Positions 21,088 through 30,746 of a stretch of DNA of 64,000 nucleotides are shown here, in pieces. Within the stretch, counting starts at the first letter, position 1. The number at the start of each line of letters is the position of its first letter. Both the position numbers and the translations under genes were made by a program. This DNA is from an uncultured delta proteobacterium (GTDB lineage Bacteria; Desulfobacterota; WTBG01), in contig CAWCBP010000001.1 in assembly GCA_963793865.1 (NCBI GenBank), forward strand, positions 448,001 to 512,000. The letters are read 5' to 3'. The notes under the pieces were generated by a model that worked only from the letters and a program-made list of their open reading frames with translations, ran no database searches and was not told the DNA's origin.

Positions 21088-22413
21088 ATGAACTGCGCAA
21101 CGTCCCCCACGAAGCTCCTGCTTCTTGCCTTTGACGGCCTTTCATTTCCCCTGCTCAAACGGCTGGTTGATGCCGGTGACCTGCCGTGCTTCAAGGCGCT
21201 GATGGACAGGGGATCCTGGGGGCTGTTCGAACCGTTTGTCCCCTCCAACTCCGCCGTCATATGGACAAGCGTCATGACCGGCATGCATCCCCGCAAGCAC
21301 GGAATCGACAGCTTCATCTATTACACGGCAGGGAAAAGGGTCTTCAGGAAATCCTCGGTAAAAAAGCTGCTGAAGCTCGGCTTCCGGCCGCTCTTCAACC
21401 TGCTGAAGCGCAAGGGATACGTGCGCGATCATCCATTCACGCTGAGCATGGTCGGGGAAAAAATGCTCTGGGAGCTTTTTGCAGAGGGCGGCCGCACGGC
21501 AGGAGTCATCAACTGGTGGCACAGCTGGCCCGCTCCCGCGCTTCCCGGCTTTATTGTATCAGACCGGGTGCATTACTGGAGATCGCGTGAAAGAAGCCAT
21601 GCGCCGGGTGAATTAGCGGATGCATGCCTCATGTATCCTCCCCGGCTGGCTGACGAAATCATGAGCAGGCTGGTCAATCCTTATGAGATACCCGATGAGG
21701 CCTATCAGCAGATCATGAAGATTGATGCGGCAACCGTCGGGAGCATGAAAGATGCCCACTATGAGCGCCATCAGCTCATGAGCGAATTCAAGTATCTCTA
21801 CGCCATGGATGAATCGGTGAAGAGCATGGCGCTCTATTGCATCGATCGTCTGTCCCAGCCGGATTTGCTGGCCCTGTATTTCAGGGGAATCGACATTATT
21901 TCTCACTGCGCTTTGAAATATGCCCCCCACAACAGGGATGACTCGGTCAGCGATGAAGATGCGTCCCGGTTTGGCGACACGGTCAATGCCTATTACCGTC
22001 ACACCGATGCGCTGCTCGGGGAAATTGTGCGCGCCGTATCCAGGGATACGGCCGTTTTGGTTGTGTCCGATCACGGATTTGATAAAGAGCCTGACGGACG
22101 CTTCGGTCACAGGAAAACAGCGCCGCCCGGGACATTCATTGCCGCGGGAAAACCATTTGCGCGGGGCGCCCTCCCGCGGCAGGTGAAACTCTATGATGTT
22201 GCGCCCACCCTGCTGTACCTGTCCGGCCTGCCCTGCTCACGGGATATGGAAGGCAGGGTGATTACCGAGTGTATCGACCGGGAATTTCAGCGCGACCATC
22301 CGGTCTGTTACATCGATAGCTATGGTCCACCCGTCCGGCATCACGCCCCGATTGTTTCTGAGAGTGAAGAGCTCATCAAGGAGCGCCTCCGAGCCCTCGG
22401 CTACATAGATTAA
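21088..22413 (+). CDS. Alkaline phosphatase superfamily protein (nucleotide pyrophosphatase/phosphodiesterase-like)
   Basis: LAFDG, WTSVMTG..PRKHGI, DIISH, VSDHGF, DVAPT, terminal ERLRALGYID. Confidence 0.88.
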   Translation: MNCATSPTKLLLLAFDGLSFPLLKRLVDAGDLPCFKALMDRGSWGLFEPFVPSNSAVIWTSVMTGMHPRKHGIDSFIYYTAGKRVFRKSSVKKLLKLGFRPLFNLLKRKGYVRDHPFTLSMVGEKMLWELFAEGGRTAGVINWWHSWPAPALPGFIVSDRVHYWRSRERSHAPGELADACLMYPPRLADEIMSRLVNPYEIPDEAYQQIMKIDAATVGSMKDAHYERHQLMSEFKYLYAMDESVKSMALYCIDRLSQPDLLALYFRGIDIISHCALKYAPHNRDDSVSDEDASRFGDTVNAYYRHTDALLGEIVRAVSRDTAVLVVSDHGFDKEPDGRFGHRKTAPPGTFIAAGKPFARGALPRQVKLYDVAPTLLYLSGLPCSRDMEGRVITECIDREFQRDHPVCYIDSYGPPVRHHAPIVSESEELIKERLRALGYID

Positions 22414-22458
22414 CTCCCCGCAACATCACCTAACCAATAGAAATACTTTAAAATTATC

Positions 22459-22508
22459 TTGACACTTCTATATGTGGTGGTGTATTTAATTACTAATGCC
22501 ATATATTG
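22459..22508 (+). promoter_or_regulatory. Sigma70 promoter overlapped by tandem NrdR-like boxes
   Basis: TTGACA at 22459; cores CTATATGTGG (22468) and CCATATATTG (22499), 31 bp apart. Confidence 0.65.
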
Positions 22509-22598
22509 ATTGATGCAGGCAGAGGTTCGACTCAGAGCGGCCGGTTGCATCAATGCCTGAATGGCGCGCCACTCGGGAAGGGAAGGGGGTGAAAAGTA

Positions 22599-22667
22599 AT
22601 GGCAACAAAGAAAAAGGCAGCAAAAAAGAAGGCAACCAAGACAGCTTGTTGTTCAAAGAAGAAGTAA
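22599..22667 (+). CDS. 22-aa Lys-rich peptide MATKKKAAKKKATKTACCSKKK (histone H1-like composition)
   Basis: AAGGGGGTG RBS, own promoter and downstream hairpin; below the ORF-track cutoff. Confidence 0.72.
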   Translation: MATKKKAAKKKATKTACCSKKK

Positions 22668-22696
22668 GCTTGTGATCAATCGAATTTGTTGTACGA

Positions 22697-22741
22697 GGTC
22701 TCCCAAAGAATGAAGCCAGTTTTTTGGGAGATCGCCTTTTT
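22697..22741 (+). terminator. Probable intrinsic terminator after the small peptide gene
   Basis: GGTCTCCCAAAGAA / TTTTTTGGGAGATC stem followed by GCCTTTTT. Confidence 0.55.
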
Positions 22742-22852
22742 AATGAGTAACCTGCTATAAACTATGCAGATTTTTGTTGACAAATAAACTATTTGCAATA
22801 GATTAGCCGTAATTCGTTTAGCTCAACTCTCTTTTGTTGCGGGAAACAGCTT

Positions 22853-23512
22853 ATGGATGCACTTGCTGCCATTAATGATCGTTCAAGCATTCGGTGCTTT
22901 ACCGACCAGCCTGTGGGGCGGGAGACCATTGAGCAGTTGCTGGATTGCGCGCGCAAGGCGCCGTCCGCCTCCAACCAGCAACCCTGGAATTTTGTGGTGG
23001 TGAGCGGGCACAGCAGGGACACGTTGGCCGGGGCCCTGCTTGCGGCACAGAAAAACCGGGGCAAACATTATGATCCATCCCGGAGCAGGTCCCTGCCTGA
23101 TGCCTACGTGGAGAGAAGCAGGAAGCTCATCAAGAGCTTACGGTCACATCTCGAGGCGATCAGCCTGCAGGCTGTGCCGTTCCTGGAGGAGGGGAGCTGC
23201 TCGTTTTACGGGGCGCCTGTTCTCATCCTGGTGACCATGGACAAGGCGCATATACCGTCTCAATTGATAGATATCGGATGCGCGGTGCAAAATCTCTGCC
23301 TTGCCGCACACGCCCGGGGACTGGGTACCTGCATTATTGCACTCATACTCATGTTCGGAGATGTGATACGGGAACAGCTTTCCCTGGGGGAAGAGGTGGA
23401 GGCGGTGGTCGGCATCGCCCTCGGGTACCCGGATCGCGGGTCAGCGATCAACCGGTTCCGGGCCCCGAAAGAAGAGCTGAGTTCCGTGACGCGGTGGATA
23501 GGCTTCGATTAG
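22853..23512 (+). CDS. Nitroreductase family protein
   Basis: RSSIRCF, APSASNQQPW, FYGAP, DIG..QNLCLAAHARGLGTC. Confidence 0.93.
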   Translation: MDALAAINDRSSIRCFTDQPVGRETIEQLLDCARKAPSASNQQPWNFVVVSGHSRDTLAGALLAAQKNRGKHYDPSRSRSLPDAYVERSRKLIKSLRSHLEAISLQAVPFLEEGSCSFYGAPVLILVTMDKAHIPSQLIDIGCAVQNLCLAAHARGLGTCIIALILMFGDVIREQLSLGEEVEAVVGIALGYPDRGSAINRFRAPKEELSSVTRWIGFD

Positions 23513-23643
23513 GGGATGCCCGCGCCCGGATTGGGGCTTGCAGCATCGTGCAACCGCATGCCATGCCGCGGGTAATGCAATATCGCCGGAGAAGCTGCCG
23601 GCTTGATAAACAAAGGGATCTAACCTGATGAGAGGAGGAGGTA

Positions 23644-23922
23644 ATGCTTAAATCAGATCTGATTGAAAAAGTTGCCAGGGAAATGAACATGAACAATGAC
23701 ATTGCCCAGCTGGTGATCAACAACGTATTCGATGCCATGACAGAGGCGCTCAGCAGGGGGGAGAGCATTGAGATACGAGGCTTCGGCAGCTTCAGCGTGA
23801 GGACGTATGCTTCCCGGGAGGGCAGAAACCCCAAATCAGGGGCGAAAGTCGCTGTCCCGCCCCGAAAGAAACCTTTCTTCAAGGTGGGCAAAGAGTTGAA
23901 GAACAGGGTTAATACTTTGTAA
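23644..23922 (+). CDS. ihfB: Integration host factor beta / HU family protein
   Basis: IEIRGFGSF, GRNPKSG, PFFKVGKELKNRVN. Confidence 0.88.
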   Translation: MLKSDLIEKVAREMNMNNDIAQLVINNVFDAMTEALSRGESIEIRGFGSFSVRTYASREGRNPKSGAKVAVPPRKKPFFKVGKELKNRVNTL

Positions 23923-24058
23923 CTTCCCGCCGAAACACATTTTGTGTTACAGTAATGGGAGGGGTACCATGAACCTTTTTATTATCCTCCATGCCTTCCG
24001 GACATTGTAACTTTCCTGCATCCGCTCCTTACAATACATCCGGACAAAGCTATCTTTT

Positions 24059-24994
24059 ATGCAGAGTGAAGACATGACCGGGCAGGCCGGCGGTCTGCCA
24101 TCCGGCTTTGATGCTGCGGCACGGGATGAAGGTAAGCACGGGACAAAGCCCCGCACAAAACCCTCCATTGCTGTCAACGTGGTTCTGTTTATCTGTACGG
24201 TCGGGACGACCGTTCTGGCCGGCGCGCTCCAGCAGGGAGTCAATCCCTTGGAGGACCCGTCGCAGCTGATCAAGGGGCTGCCGTTTTCGGCTGCGCTGTT
24301 GTTCATCCTGCTGGCCCATGAAATGGGGCATTTCCTCACCTCAAAATATTACCGCATTGATGCCAGCCTTCCCTATTTTATACCGGCGCCCACGTTCATA
24401 GGGACCTTCGGCGCGTTCATCAAGATGCGCTCCCCGATGCTGAATAAGCGTGTTCTGCTTGATGTCGGGGCCAATGGTCCGCTGGCCGGGCTGCTGGTGA
24501 CCATTCCGGTTCTGGCGGTCGGCCTGAAGCTCTCTGAAGTGAAAGCGCTCACAACCCCTCTGGAGGGGGGCATGGCGCTGGGATCATCTCTCATCCTTTA
24601 TTTCATGACCACGGTTATTCTGGGCCCCCTGCCCGATACGCACCAGGTGATTCTCCATCCCCTGGGCTTTGCGGGCTGGATCGGATTGCTGGTCACATCC
24701 ATGAATCTCATACCGGTGGGGCAGCTCGACGGCGGGCACATTGCCTACGCGGTCTTCGGCAGGAAAACGAGGCACATATCAACGGCAGTCCTCATCTGTC
24801 TGCTCGGCCTTGGCATCTGGGCGTCGCAGATGTGGCTGATGTGGGCTCTCATCCTTTTTGTCCTGCTGGGCATACGGCATCCCGCGCCGCTTGATTATGA
24901 TGAGCCGCTGGACCGCAGGCGCAGAATGCTGGGCCTGGGCATGCTGGTGATTTTTGTGCTGACCTTTGTGCCGGTGCCGTTCGGAAATCTGTAA
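24059..24994 (+). CDS. Site-2 protease (M50) intramembrane metalloprotease
   Basis: HEMGH, GPLAG, NLIPVGQLDGGH; start uncertain. Confidence 0.92.
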   Translation: MQSEDMTGQAGGLPSGFDAAARDEGKHGTKPRTKPSIAVNVVLFICTVGTTVLAGALQQGVNPLEDPSQLIKGLPFSAALLFILLAHEMGHFLTSKYYRIDASLPYFIPAPTFIGTFGAFIKMRSPMLNKRVLLDVGANGPLAGLLVTIPVLAVGLKLSEVKALTTPLEGGMALGSSLILYFMTTVILGPLPDTHQVILHPLGFAGWIGLLVTSMNLIPVGQLDGGHIAYAVFGRKTRHISTAVLICLLGLGIWASQMWLMWALILFVLLGIRHPAPLDYDEPLDRRRRMLGLGMLVIFVLTFVPVPFGNL

Positions 24995-25000
24995 GGCTTG

Positions 25001-26485
25001 ATGCATATGGGCAACAACCGGGGAAAGACAACCGGCATCATCATCAGGACCGTCATCATGCTGCTGTGGCTGGGCATGATGGGAATACTGGTGCAAAGAA
25101 CCTGCTTTGACGGGGGGAGCAGCCATGCCCGGGCGGGCGGCACCGCAAGCCAGCTGCGGCCGCGGGAAGAGTGGATGGGTATTTACTGGGGCGGGGAAAA
25201 GGTCGGCTATTCCGTTTCAAAGATAAAAAAGTCGCGCGACGGATATCAGATGGATGAGCAGGCGGTCATGGATCTCACGGTCATGGGGACCTCCCAAAGG
25301 ATAGACACCGAGCTGACCTCCCGGGTGGATAATGCCTTTACCCTGCGGTCATTTGACTTCCGGATGATGTCGAACCTTTTCAGCTTTAAGGCGGCGGGGA
25401 CTGTGGAGGGCAACCGGCTGCAGCTGGAGCTGGAGTCGGGGGCAAGCACGAAGCGCACTGCCATCGAGCTGGAAGAGGCGCCCTGCCTTGCCGGCACGAT
25501 CAAGCCGCTTATGCTTTCCGAGGGACTGGAGGTGGGGAAAAGGCTGCGCTACAGCATTTTTGATCCCGCCACCATGGCCAGCGCCCCGGTGGAGATCGTG
25601 GTTGAGGGGAAGGAGGACCTGGAAATTCGCGGAAGGACCATTGCGTGCTACCGTCTCGGGAGCACATTTAAAGGCATCACGCTGCGCTCCTGGATAGATG
25701 AGGAGGGCAATACCATGCGCGAAGAGAGTCCGATGGGCCTGATGCTGATCCGGGAAAGCAAGGTTGACGCCCTGACCGCCAACTGGCGCGGCACAAAAAA
25801 GGATTTTCTGACGGCCAGCGCCATCCCGGTGGAAAGGCCCATCACCGCCGACTATCCGGCCTATCTCAAGGTGCGCCTGCTGAACTGCGACCTGCAGGGA
25901 TTTGACCTTTCCTCACAACGGCAGGCGCTGCGCGCCGATACGCTGGAAATTACACGGGAGGATCTTTCGGACCTGCCTCCCTGCATCATCCCCGTCGGCG
26001 GAAAGGAAATGCAGGAATATCTCAGCCCCACCCCTTTTATTCAGAGTGCCGACCCCGCACTTCGCGCGCAGGCCGGTGAAATTATCGGTGATGAGCGCGA
26101 CGCCCTCAAGGCGGCTGCGCTCCTTCATGGCTGGGTATACCGCACGATTGAAAAGAGGCCGGCCCTGAGCATTCCCAGCGCGCTGGATGTGTTGCGATTG
26201 AAGGTGGGCGACTGTAATGAACATGCCACGCTCTTCGTTGCCCTTTGTCGCGCCGCGGGCATACCCTGCAAGCTCTGCGCGGGAATCGTGTATAATCAGG
26301 GCAGCTTCTATTACCATGCCTGGTCCGAGTTTTACGCGGGGCGCTGGGTGAGCGCGGACCCGACCCTGGACCAGCTTCCGGCGGACGCGACCCACATCCG
26401 GCTGATTGAAGGGGGGCTGGACCGGCAGCTTGAAATCATCCGGCTGATCGGAGCGCTGAGGGTGGAGGTGGTGGAATACCGATGA
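25001..26485 (+). CDS. Membrane-anchored transglutaminase-like protein
   Basis: N-terminal TM; GDCNEHA, YHAWSE, ADPT give a Cys-His-Asp triad. Confidence 0.9.
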   Translation: MHMGNNRGKTTGIIIRTVIMLLWLGMMGILVQRTCFDGGSSHARAGGTASQLRPREEWMGIYWGGEKVGYSVSKIKKSRDGYQMDEQAVMDLTVMGTSQRIDTELTSRVDNAFTLRSFDFRMMSNLFSFKAAGTVEGNRLQLELESGASTKRTAIELEEAPCLAGTIKPLMLSEGLEVGKRLRYSIFDPATMASAPVEIVVEGKEDLEIRGRTIACYRLGSTFKGITLRSWIDEEGNTMREESPMGLMLIRESKVDALTANWRGTKKDFLTASAIPVERPITADYPAYLKVRLLNCDLQGFDLSSQRQALRADTLEITREDLSDLPPCIIPVGGKEMQEYLSPTPFIQSADPALRAQAGEIIGDERDALKAAALLHGWVYRTIEKRPALSIPSALDVLRLKVGDCNEHATLFVALCRAAGIPCKLCAGIVYNQGSFYYHAWSEFYAGRWVSADPTLDQLPADATHIRLIEGGLDRQLEIIRLIGALRVEVVEYR

Positions 26486-27312
26486 TGCAGCTGCGCGAGC
26501 TTTCAAAGCGGTTCGGCAATCTCATGGCTGTCGACGGCGTTTCCCTGGAAGTGAAACGGGGGGAGATTTTCGGTTTCCTGGGCCCGAACGGGGCGGGGAA
26601 GACCACCACCATCAAAATGCTGGCGGGCCTGATCAAGCCCAGCAGCGGGCGGGTGATCATTGACGGGTGGGACCTGGAGGAGCGCCCGCGGGAGGCGAAA
26701 AAGGCGGTGGGGTTCATTCCCGACCGGCCGTTTCTCTATGAAAAGCTGACCGCACATGAATTCCTCCGTTTTCTTGCAGGGCTTTACGGCTGTCCCGCGG
26801 ATGGAACCGATGAGCGCATGACATCGCTTTTGCGGCTGTTCGGCATTGAGGAGTGGAAGGACGAGCTGATTGAAAGTTTTTCTCACGGCATGAAGCAGCG
26901 GCTGGTGATGGTATCCGCGTTTTTGCATCAGCCCAAGATAATCATTGTGGATGAGCCCATGGTGGGGCTGGATCCGGCCGGCGCCCGGCTGGTAAAAGAG
27001 GTGTTCCGAAGCTTTGCCTCACGCGGAGGGGCGGTCTTCATGTCCACCCATACCCTGGAAGTGGCGGAGGAGGTCTGTGACCGCATTGCCATCATTCACG
27101 GGGGCCGGATTGTGGCGTCGGGTACGATCGATGAGCTCAGGCAAAAGGCGGGCAGCGAGGGGGTTAAGCTGGAAACCCTCTTTTTCAAGCTTACCGGGGG
27201 AGAGCAAGAGCGCCGCCTGGCGGAGTCGATGCAGTTCAATGACGGGTTGTTGAAAAAGTGTTTTCTTCAGGCTCTTCAAAAGCCCCTCCCCCTTGAGCCA
27301 CAAATCAGATGA
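26482..27312 (+). CDS. ABC transporter ATP-binding protein (C-terminus runs through a MITE)
   Basis: GPNGAGKTT, FSHGMKQR, IVDEP, STH. Confidence 0.93.
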   Translation: MMQLRELSKRFGNLMAVDGVSLEVKRGEIFGFLGPNGAGKTTTIKMLAGLIKPSSGRVIIDGWDLEERPREAKKAVGFIPDRPFLYEKLTAHEFLRFLAGLYGCPADGTDERMTSLLRLFGIEEWKDELIESFSHGMKQRLVMVSAFLHQPKIIIVDEPMVGLDPAGARLVKEVFRSFASRGGAVFMSTHTLEVAEEVCDRIAIIHGGRIVASGTIDELRQKAGSEGVKLETLFFKLTGGEQERRLAESMQFNDGLLKKCFLQALQKPLPLEPQIR

Positions 27313-27333
27313 GTGTTTTTCAACAACCTGCTA
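27240..27333. mobile_element. MITE-like element with IS-type terminal inverted repeats
   Basis: TGACGGGTTGTTGAAAAA ... TTTTTCAACAACCTGCTA. Confidence 0.7.
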
Positions 27334-27347
27334 AGGAGATCACGGGC

Positions 27348-29045
27348 ATGGGTGAGACCGTGCTGCTGCTGGCGGCAAAAGTACGTTCATACAGGAACAG
27401 CTCAAGGGATGCGGGTAGCAGTAAGCTGGTTCGCCTGATGGTCTTTTCTGCCGCTGCGCTGCTCTTCTGGGCCGGGACCTTTTACATATTTTACCGCGTG
27501 CTGGGCTACTTTGCCGGCATCGAGGTCATCGGGACCCTGCTCGCCGCCAAGCTGCTTTCCATGGTCTTTCTCACCTGCTTCTCGCTGCTGCTCTTCAGCA
27601 ATACCATCACCGCGCTTTCCACCTATTTTTTGTCGGACGACCTGCAGCTGCTCAACGCGGTGCCTGTTTCCGCCACCGGCCTCTATGCCGGCCGGTTTCT
27701 TGAAACCGTGATCAGCAGCTCCTGGACGGTGCTTTTCTTCAGCTCGCCCGTCTTCCTCGCCTACGGCCTGGTGTACCATGCCTCGTTTGCTTATTATCTT
27801 GCCCTGGCAGGGGTGATCATCCCCTTTGTTCTCATCCCTGCCGCGGCAGCAACCGTGCTCATCCTGCTTCTGGTCTCCCTCGTTCCCGCGCGCCGCCTCA
27901 AGGAAATCATCGTGCTTACCTTCATCCTGATTGTGGTGGGGGTGTTTCTCTTCATCCGCTTCCTTCAGCCCGAGCGGCTGGTGGACCCGGAGAGCTTTTA
28001 CCTGGTGATGGATTATATCAGCAATTTACGAACACCCGCCTCTCCCTTTTTTCCCAGCCAGTGGGCTGCAGACGCCCTGGCCCCCTTTCTTTTCGATTCC
28101 GCGCGGTGGTCGCAGTTCCCGGTCATGCTGCTCTGGAGCACCGGTCTGGCCTTCGCGGTCATGGGCGAATGGGTCTTCAAGCGGCGCTACGTTGACGCCT
28201 GGTCAAAGGCCCAGGAGGCCAGAAGCGCCCGCTGGTCCCGGTCAACACCGCTCAACCGCTCTCTTGATTGGCTGCTGAAGCCCCTATCCCCGGCGGTCCG
28301 CGTCATCATTCTGAAGGATCTGAAGCTTTTTCTGCGGGACACCAACCAGTGGACGCAGCTCTTCCTGATCGGGGCGCTGATCGTTATCTACGTGTATAAT
28401 TTCAGCGTCCTTCCCATGGAGCGGTCGCCGCTTCCCACATTCTATCTGCAGAACGTCATTGCCTTTCTTAATCTGGGGCTGGCGGCCTTTGTGATTGCCG
28501 CCATAGCCGGGCGGTTTACCTTCCCCGGCGTGAGCATCGAGGGGAAGGCCTTCTGGATTCTCAAGTCATCGCCCCTGGAGCTGCGCACGGTGCTCTGGAG
28601 CAAGTTCTGGGTCAATTTCCTCTTCCTGCTGGTTCCGGCGGAACTGTTGATCATCACCACCAACCTGCTGATGAACGCGGCCCCTTTCATGCAGTGGCTC
28701 TCGGTGCTGAGCATTGCGGGAATGACCTTCGGCATTACCAGCCTGGGCATGGGGTGCGGCGCCCGCTTCCCCCGCTTCAACGCGGAAAACGTATCGCAGG
28801 TGGCCACGGGCTTTGGCGGCATGTTTTACATGATCGTGGCGGTGCTGTTTATCGGGCTGATGGTGGTGCTGGAGGCGCGCCCGGTCTATCTCTTTTTCAT
28901 GGCGCAATTCAGGGGCCTGCCCCTGACCGGGTGGGAGCTGGCCGAGATTGCCGGGCTGCTCGCGGCCGCCGTGCTGCTGAATGCGCTTGTGGCCATTCTC
29001 CCCATGCGCCTGGGGCTTAAGCAACTCGCAAGCCTGGAAGTGTAG
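27348..29045 (+). CDS. Putative ABC-2-type exporter permease
   Basis: Many TM segments; KDLKLFLRD, SIEGKAFWILKSSP; follows the ABC ATPase. Confidence 0.88.
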   Translation: MGETVLLLAAKVRSYRNSSRDAGSSKLVRLMVFSAAALLFWAGTFYIFYRVLGYFAGIEVIGTLLAAKLLSMVFLTCFSLLLFSNTITALSTYFLSDDLQLLNAVPVSATGLYAGRFLETVISSSWTVLFFSSPVFLAYGLVYHASFAYYLALAGVIIPFVLIPAAAATVLILLLVSLVPARRLKEIIVLTFILIVVGVFLFIRFLQPERLVDPESFYLVMDYISNLRTPASPFFPSQWAADALAPFLFDSARWSQFPVMLLWSTGLAFAVMGEWVFKRRYVDAWSKAQEARSARWSRSTPLNRSLDWLLKPLSPAVRVIILKDLKLFLRDTNQWTQLFLIGALIVIYVYNFSVLPMERSPLPTFYLQNVIAFLNLGLAAFVIAAIAGRFTFPGVSIEGKAFWILKSSPLELRTVLWSKFWVNFLFLLVPAELLIITTNLLMNAAPFMQWLSVLSIAGMTFGITSLGMGCGARFPRFNAENVSQVATGFGGMFYMIVAVLFIGLMVVLEARPVYLFFMAQFRGLPLTGWELAEIAGLLAAAVLLNALVAILPMRLGLKQLASLEV

Positions 29046-29200
29046 CAGGCTGTTGAAAAACACCCATCCCCTGCGTTACACGCTCCTCCTTCGTCACTGC
29101 AGCGTACTTGTATGTACGCCTCATTCCTCAGGATTTCGCGTGCCTTGCATCTGGATGTTTTTGATCAGCCTGCTGAAAATACTTTTTCAATAACCTGCTA
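29043..29200. mobile_element. MITE-like element starting at the permease TAG stop
   Basis: TAGCAGGCTGTTGAAAAA ... TTTTTCAATAACCTGCTA with an internal extra end TTTTTGATCAGCCTGCT. Confidence 0.78.
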
Positions 29201-29380
29201 GGCGGCGGAGACAGCCGTTGTTTAGGCGGCAGGATCGGAACTTTCCGGTTGGCTTTGCTGCGCCACTGTTTACAATCAAGAAACTATGTGTTACACAGAT
29301 AGCGGATGCCCCATGAGGAAAAGAGTGCACAAAGCCTGTTGAGCCGCATGAGGGCATATGATTGAAAGGAGGTCAGCCGC

Positions 29381-29980
29381 ATGAAAGGTTCCGTGATCAG
29401 AAGTAATTGCAGGTTGTTCCTGATACTTTTTTTAAGCACACTTTTTACGGGGGCTACGGTTATGGCGGAGGAAGCAAAACAGCGCATACTGCTTGATTTT
29501 GAACAATCGGGTGACGCCGCCAACTGGTCCGTCATCAACGATGTGGTCATGGGTGGGGTTTCAAACAGCAGCTTTACCGTGCAGAAGCCGGGAACCGCTG
29601 TTTTCTCCGGTGCGGTCTCATTGGAAAACAATGGCGGCTTTGCCTCGGCAAATATGAAACCGGCACAATTCGATGTGAGCGGGTTTGACGGCATCAGATT
29701 CCGGGTTAAAGGTGATGGGAAAAACTATAAGATTACCCTGAAAAATGACGGCGCCTTCAATGGCTTTTCCTACCGGTTTGAATTCGGCACTAAAAACGGC
29801 GAATGGCTCACCATTGATGCCCCCTTTTCAGCATTCGTTCCCAAATTCATGGGGCAAACCACCAGCGCACCGCCGGTGGACAGGGCAAAGATAAAAACCT
29901 TCGGCTTTTTAATAGCGGACAAGCAGGATGGGCCGTTCCGCCTTGAGATTGACTGGATTGGCGCCTATAAGAAGGGGTAA
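29381..29980 (+). CDS. CIA30/NDUFAF1-family protein with signal peptide
   Basis: WSVINDVVMGGVS, VSLENNGGFAS, VKGDGKNY, IADKQDGPFRLEIDWI. Confidence 0.92.
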   Translation: MKGSVIRSNCRLFLILFLSTLFTGATVMAEEAKQRILLDFEQSGDAANWSVINDVVMGGVSNSSFTVQKPGTAVFSGAVSLENNGGFASANMKPAQFDVSGFDGIRFRVKGDGKNYKITLKNDGAFNGFSYRFEFGTKNGEWLTIDAPFSAFVPKFMGQTTSAPPVDRAKIKTFGFLIADKQDGPFRLEIDWIGAYKKG

Positions 29981-30007
29981 TCAGTGCACGTGCACGGGGA
30001 GGTATGA

Positions 30008-30340
30008 TTGATGAAAAAGGGTGGAATAGTCGTGATGGCAATGGTTATGGTTTTCTGCTGTGCAGCTGTTACCCGCGGGCAAAATCCCGCGGCCGTGTCC
30101 GAAGGCGAAGTCCTCTTCAAGCAGTACTGCCAGGCGTGCCATCCCGGCGGGAAGAACGTGATGAATCCGGCAAAGACACTGTACGCGCAGGATCTGAAAA
30201 AAAATAAGATAGAAACCCCGGAAGCGATTGTAAAAATGATCCGCAAGGCGCCGCCGGGGATGACCGCCTTCGATGAAAAGGTTATATCGGATAAGGATGC
30301 GGACGCAATCGCCCTCTATATCCTGCAGACCTTTAAATAG
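30008..30340 (+). CDS. Monoheme cytochrome c (c6-like)
   Basis: Signal peptide, CQACH, GGKNVMNPAKTL, distal Met in PGMTAF. Confidence 0.92.
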   Translation: MMKKGGIVVMAMVMVFCCAAVTRGQNPAAVSEGEVLFKQYCQACHPGGKNVMNPAKTLYAQDLKKNKIETPEAIVKMIRKAPPGMTAFDEKVISDKDADAIALYILQTFK

Positions 30341-30348
30341 CTGCAGTG

Positions 30349-30648
30349 TCATTGAGGCGGGGCGTAACCTTCCACGATCACCGCGCGGGAAGTGGCCGCC
30401 TCTTCCCTTAACGGGGCAATCTTACGGTACTCCGGCGAGGCAAAGCAGTCCCTTGCCTGCTGAACCGTTTCGAACCGGATTATCACCAGCCGTTTCGGAA
30501 GCCACTCTCCCGAGAGACGGGTTACCCTGCCTCCCCGCACCAGATACCTTCCCCCTGCCTTTTCAATAATTGACGTGGCCTGCGCGACATACCGGGCATA
30601 CAGCTCCTGATTGTGGACGTCGATGTCAAGTATGAGATAGGCGGACAT
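30349..30648 (-). CDS. DUF1330 family protein
   Basis: GGRYLVRGG, LSGEW.P.RLVIIRF, SPEY. Confidence 0.9.
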   Translation of the reverse strand: MSAYLILDIDVHNQELYARYVAQATSIIEKAGGRYLVRGGRVTRLSGEWLPKRLVIIRFETVQQARDCFASPEYRKIAPLREEAATSRAVIVEGYAPPQ

Positions 30649-30746
30649 GGAGCGCTCCTCGTGACTTTTTTGGATAATCCGTGAAGCCGCTTGGGCGGGC
30701 AGGGATTCCTCAGATCTGCCCCGCGTTCAACAGTTGGGCGGAAACA

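Noticed and set aside
27240..29200. Composite transposon carrying the permease
   Set aside because: The permease belongs with the ATPase outside the MITEs and the two interiors differ; independent insertions are more likely
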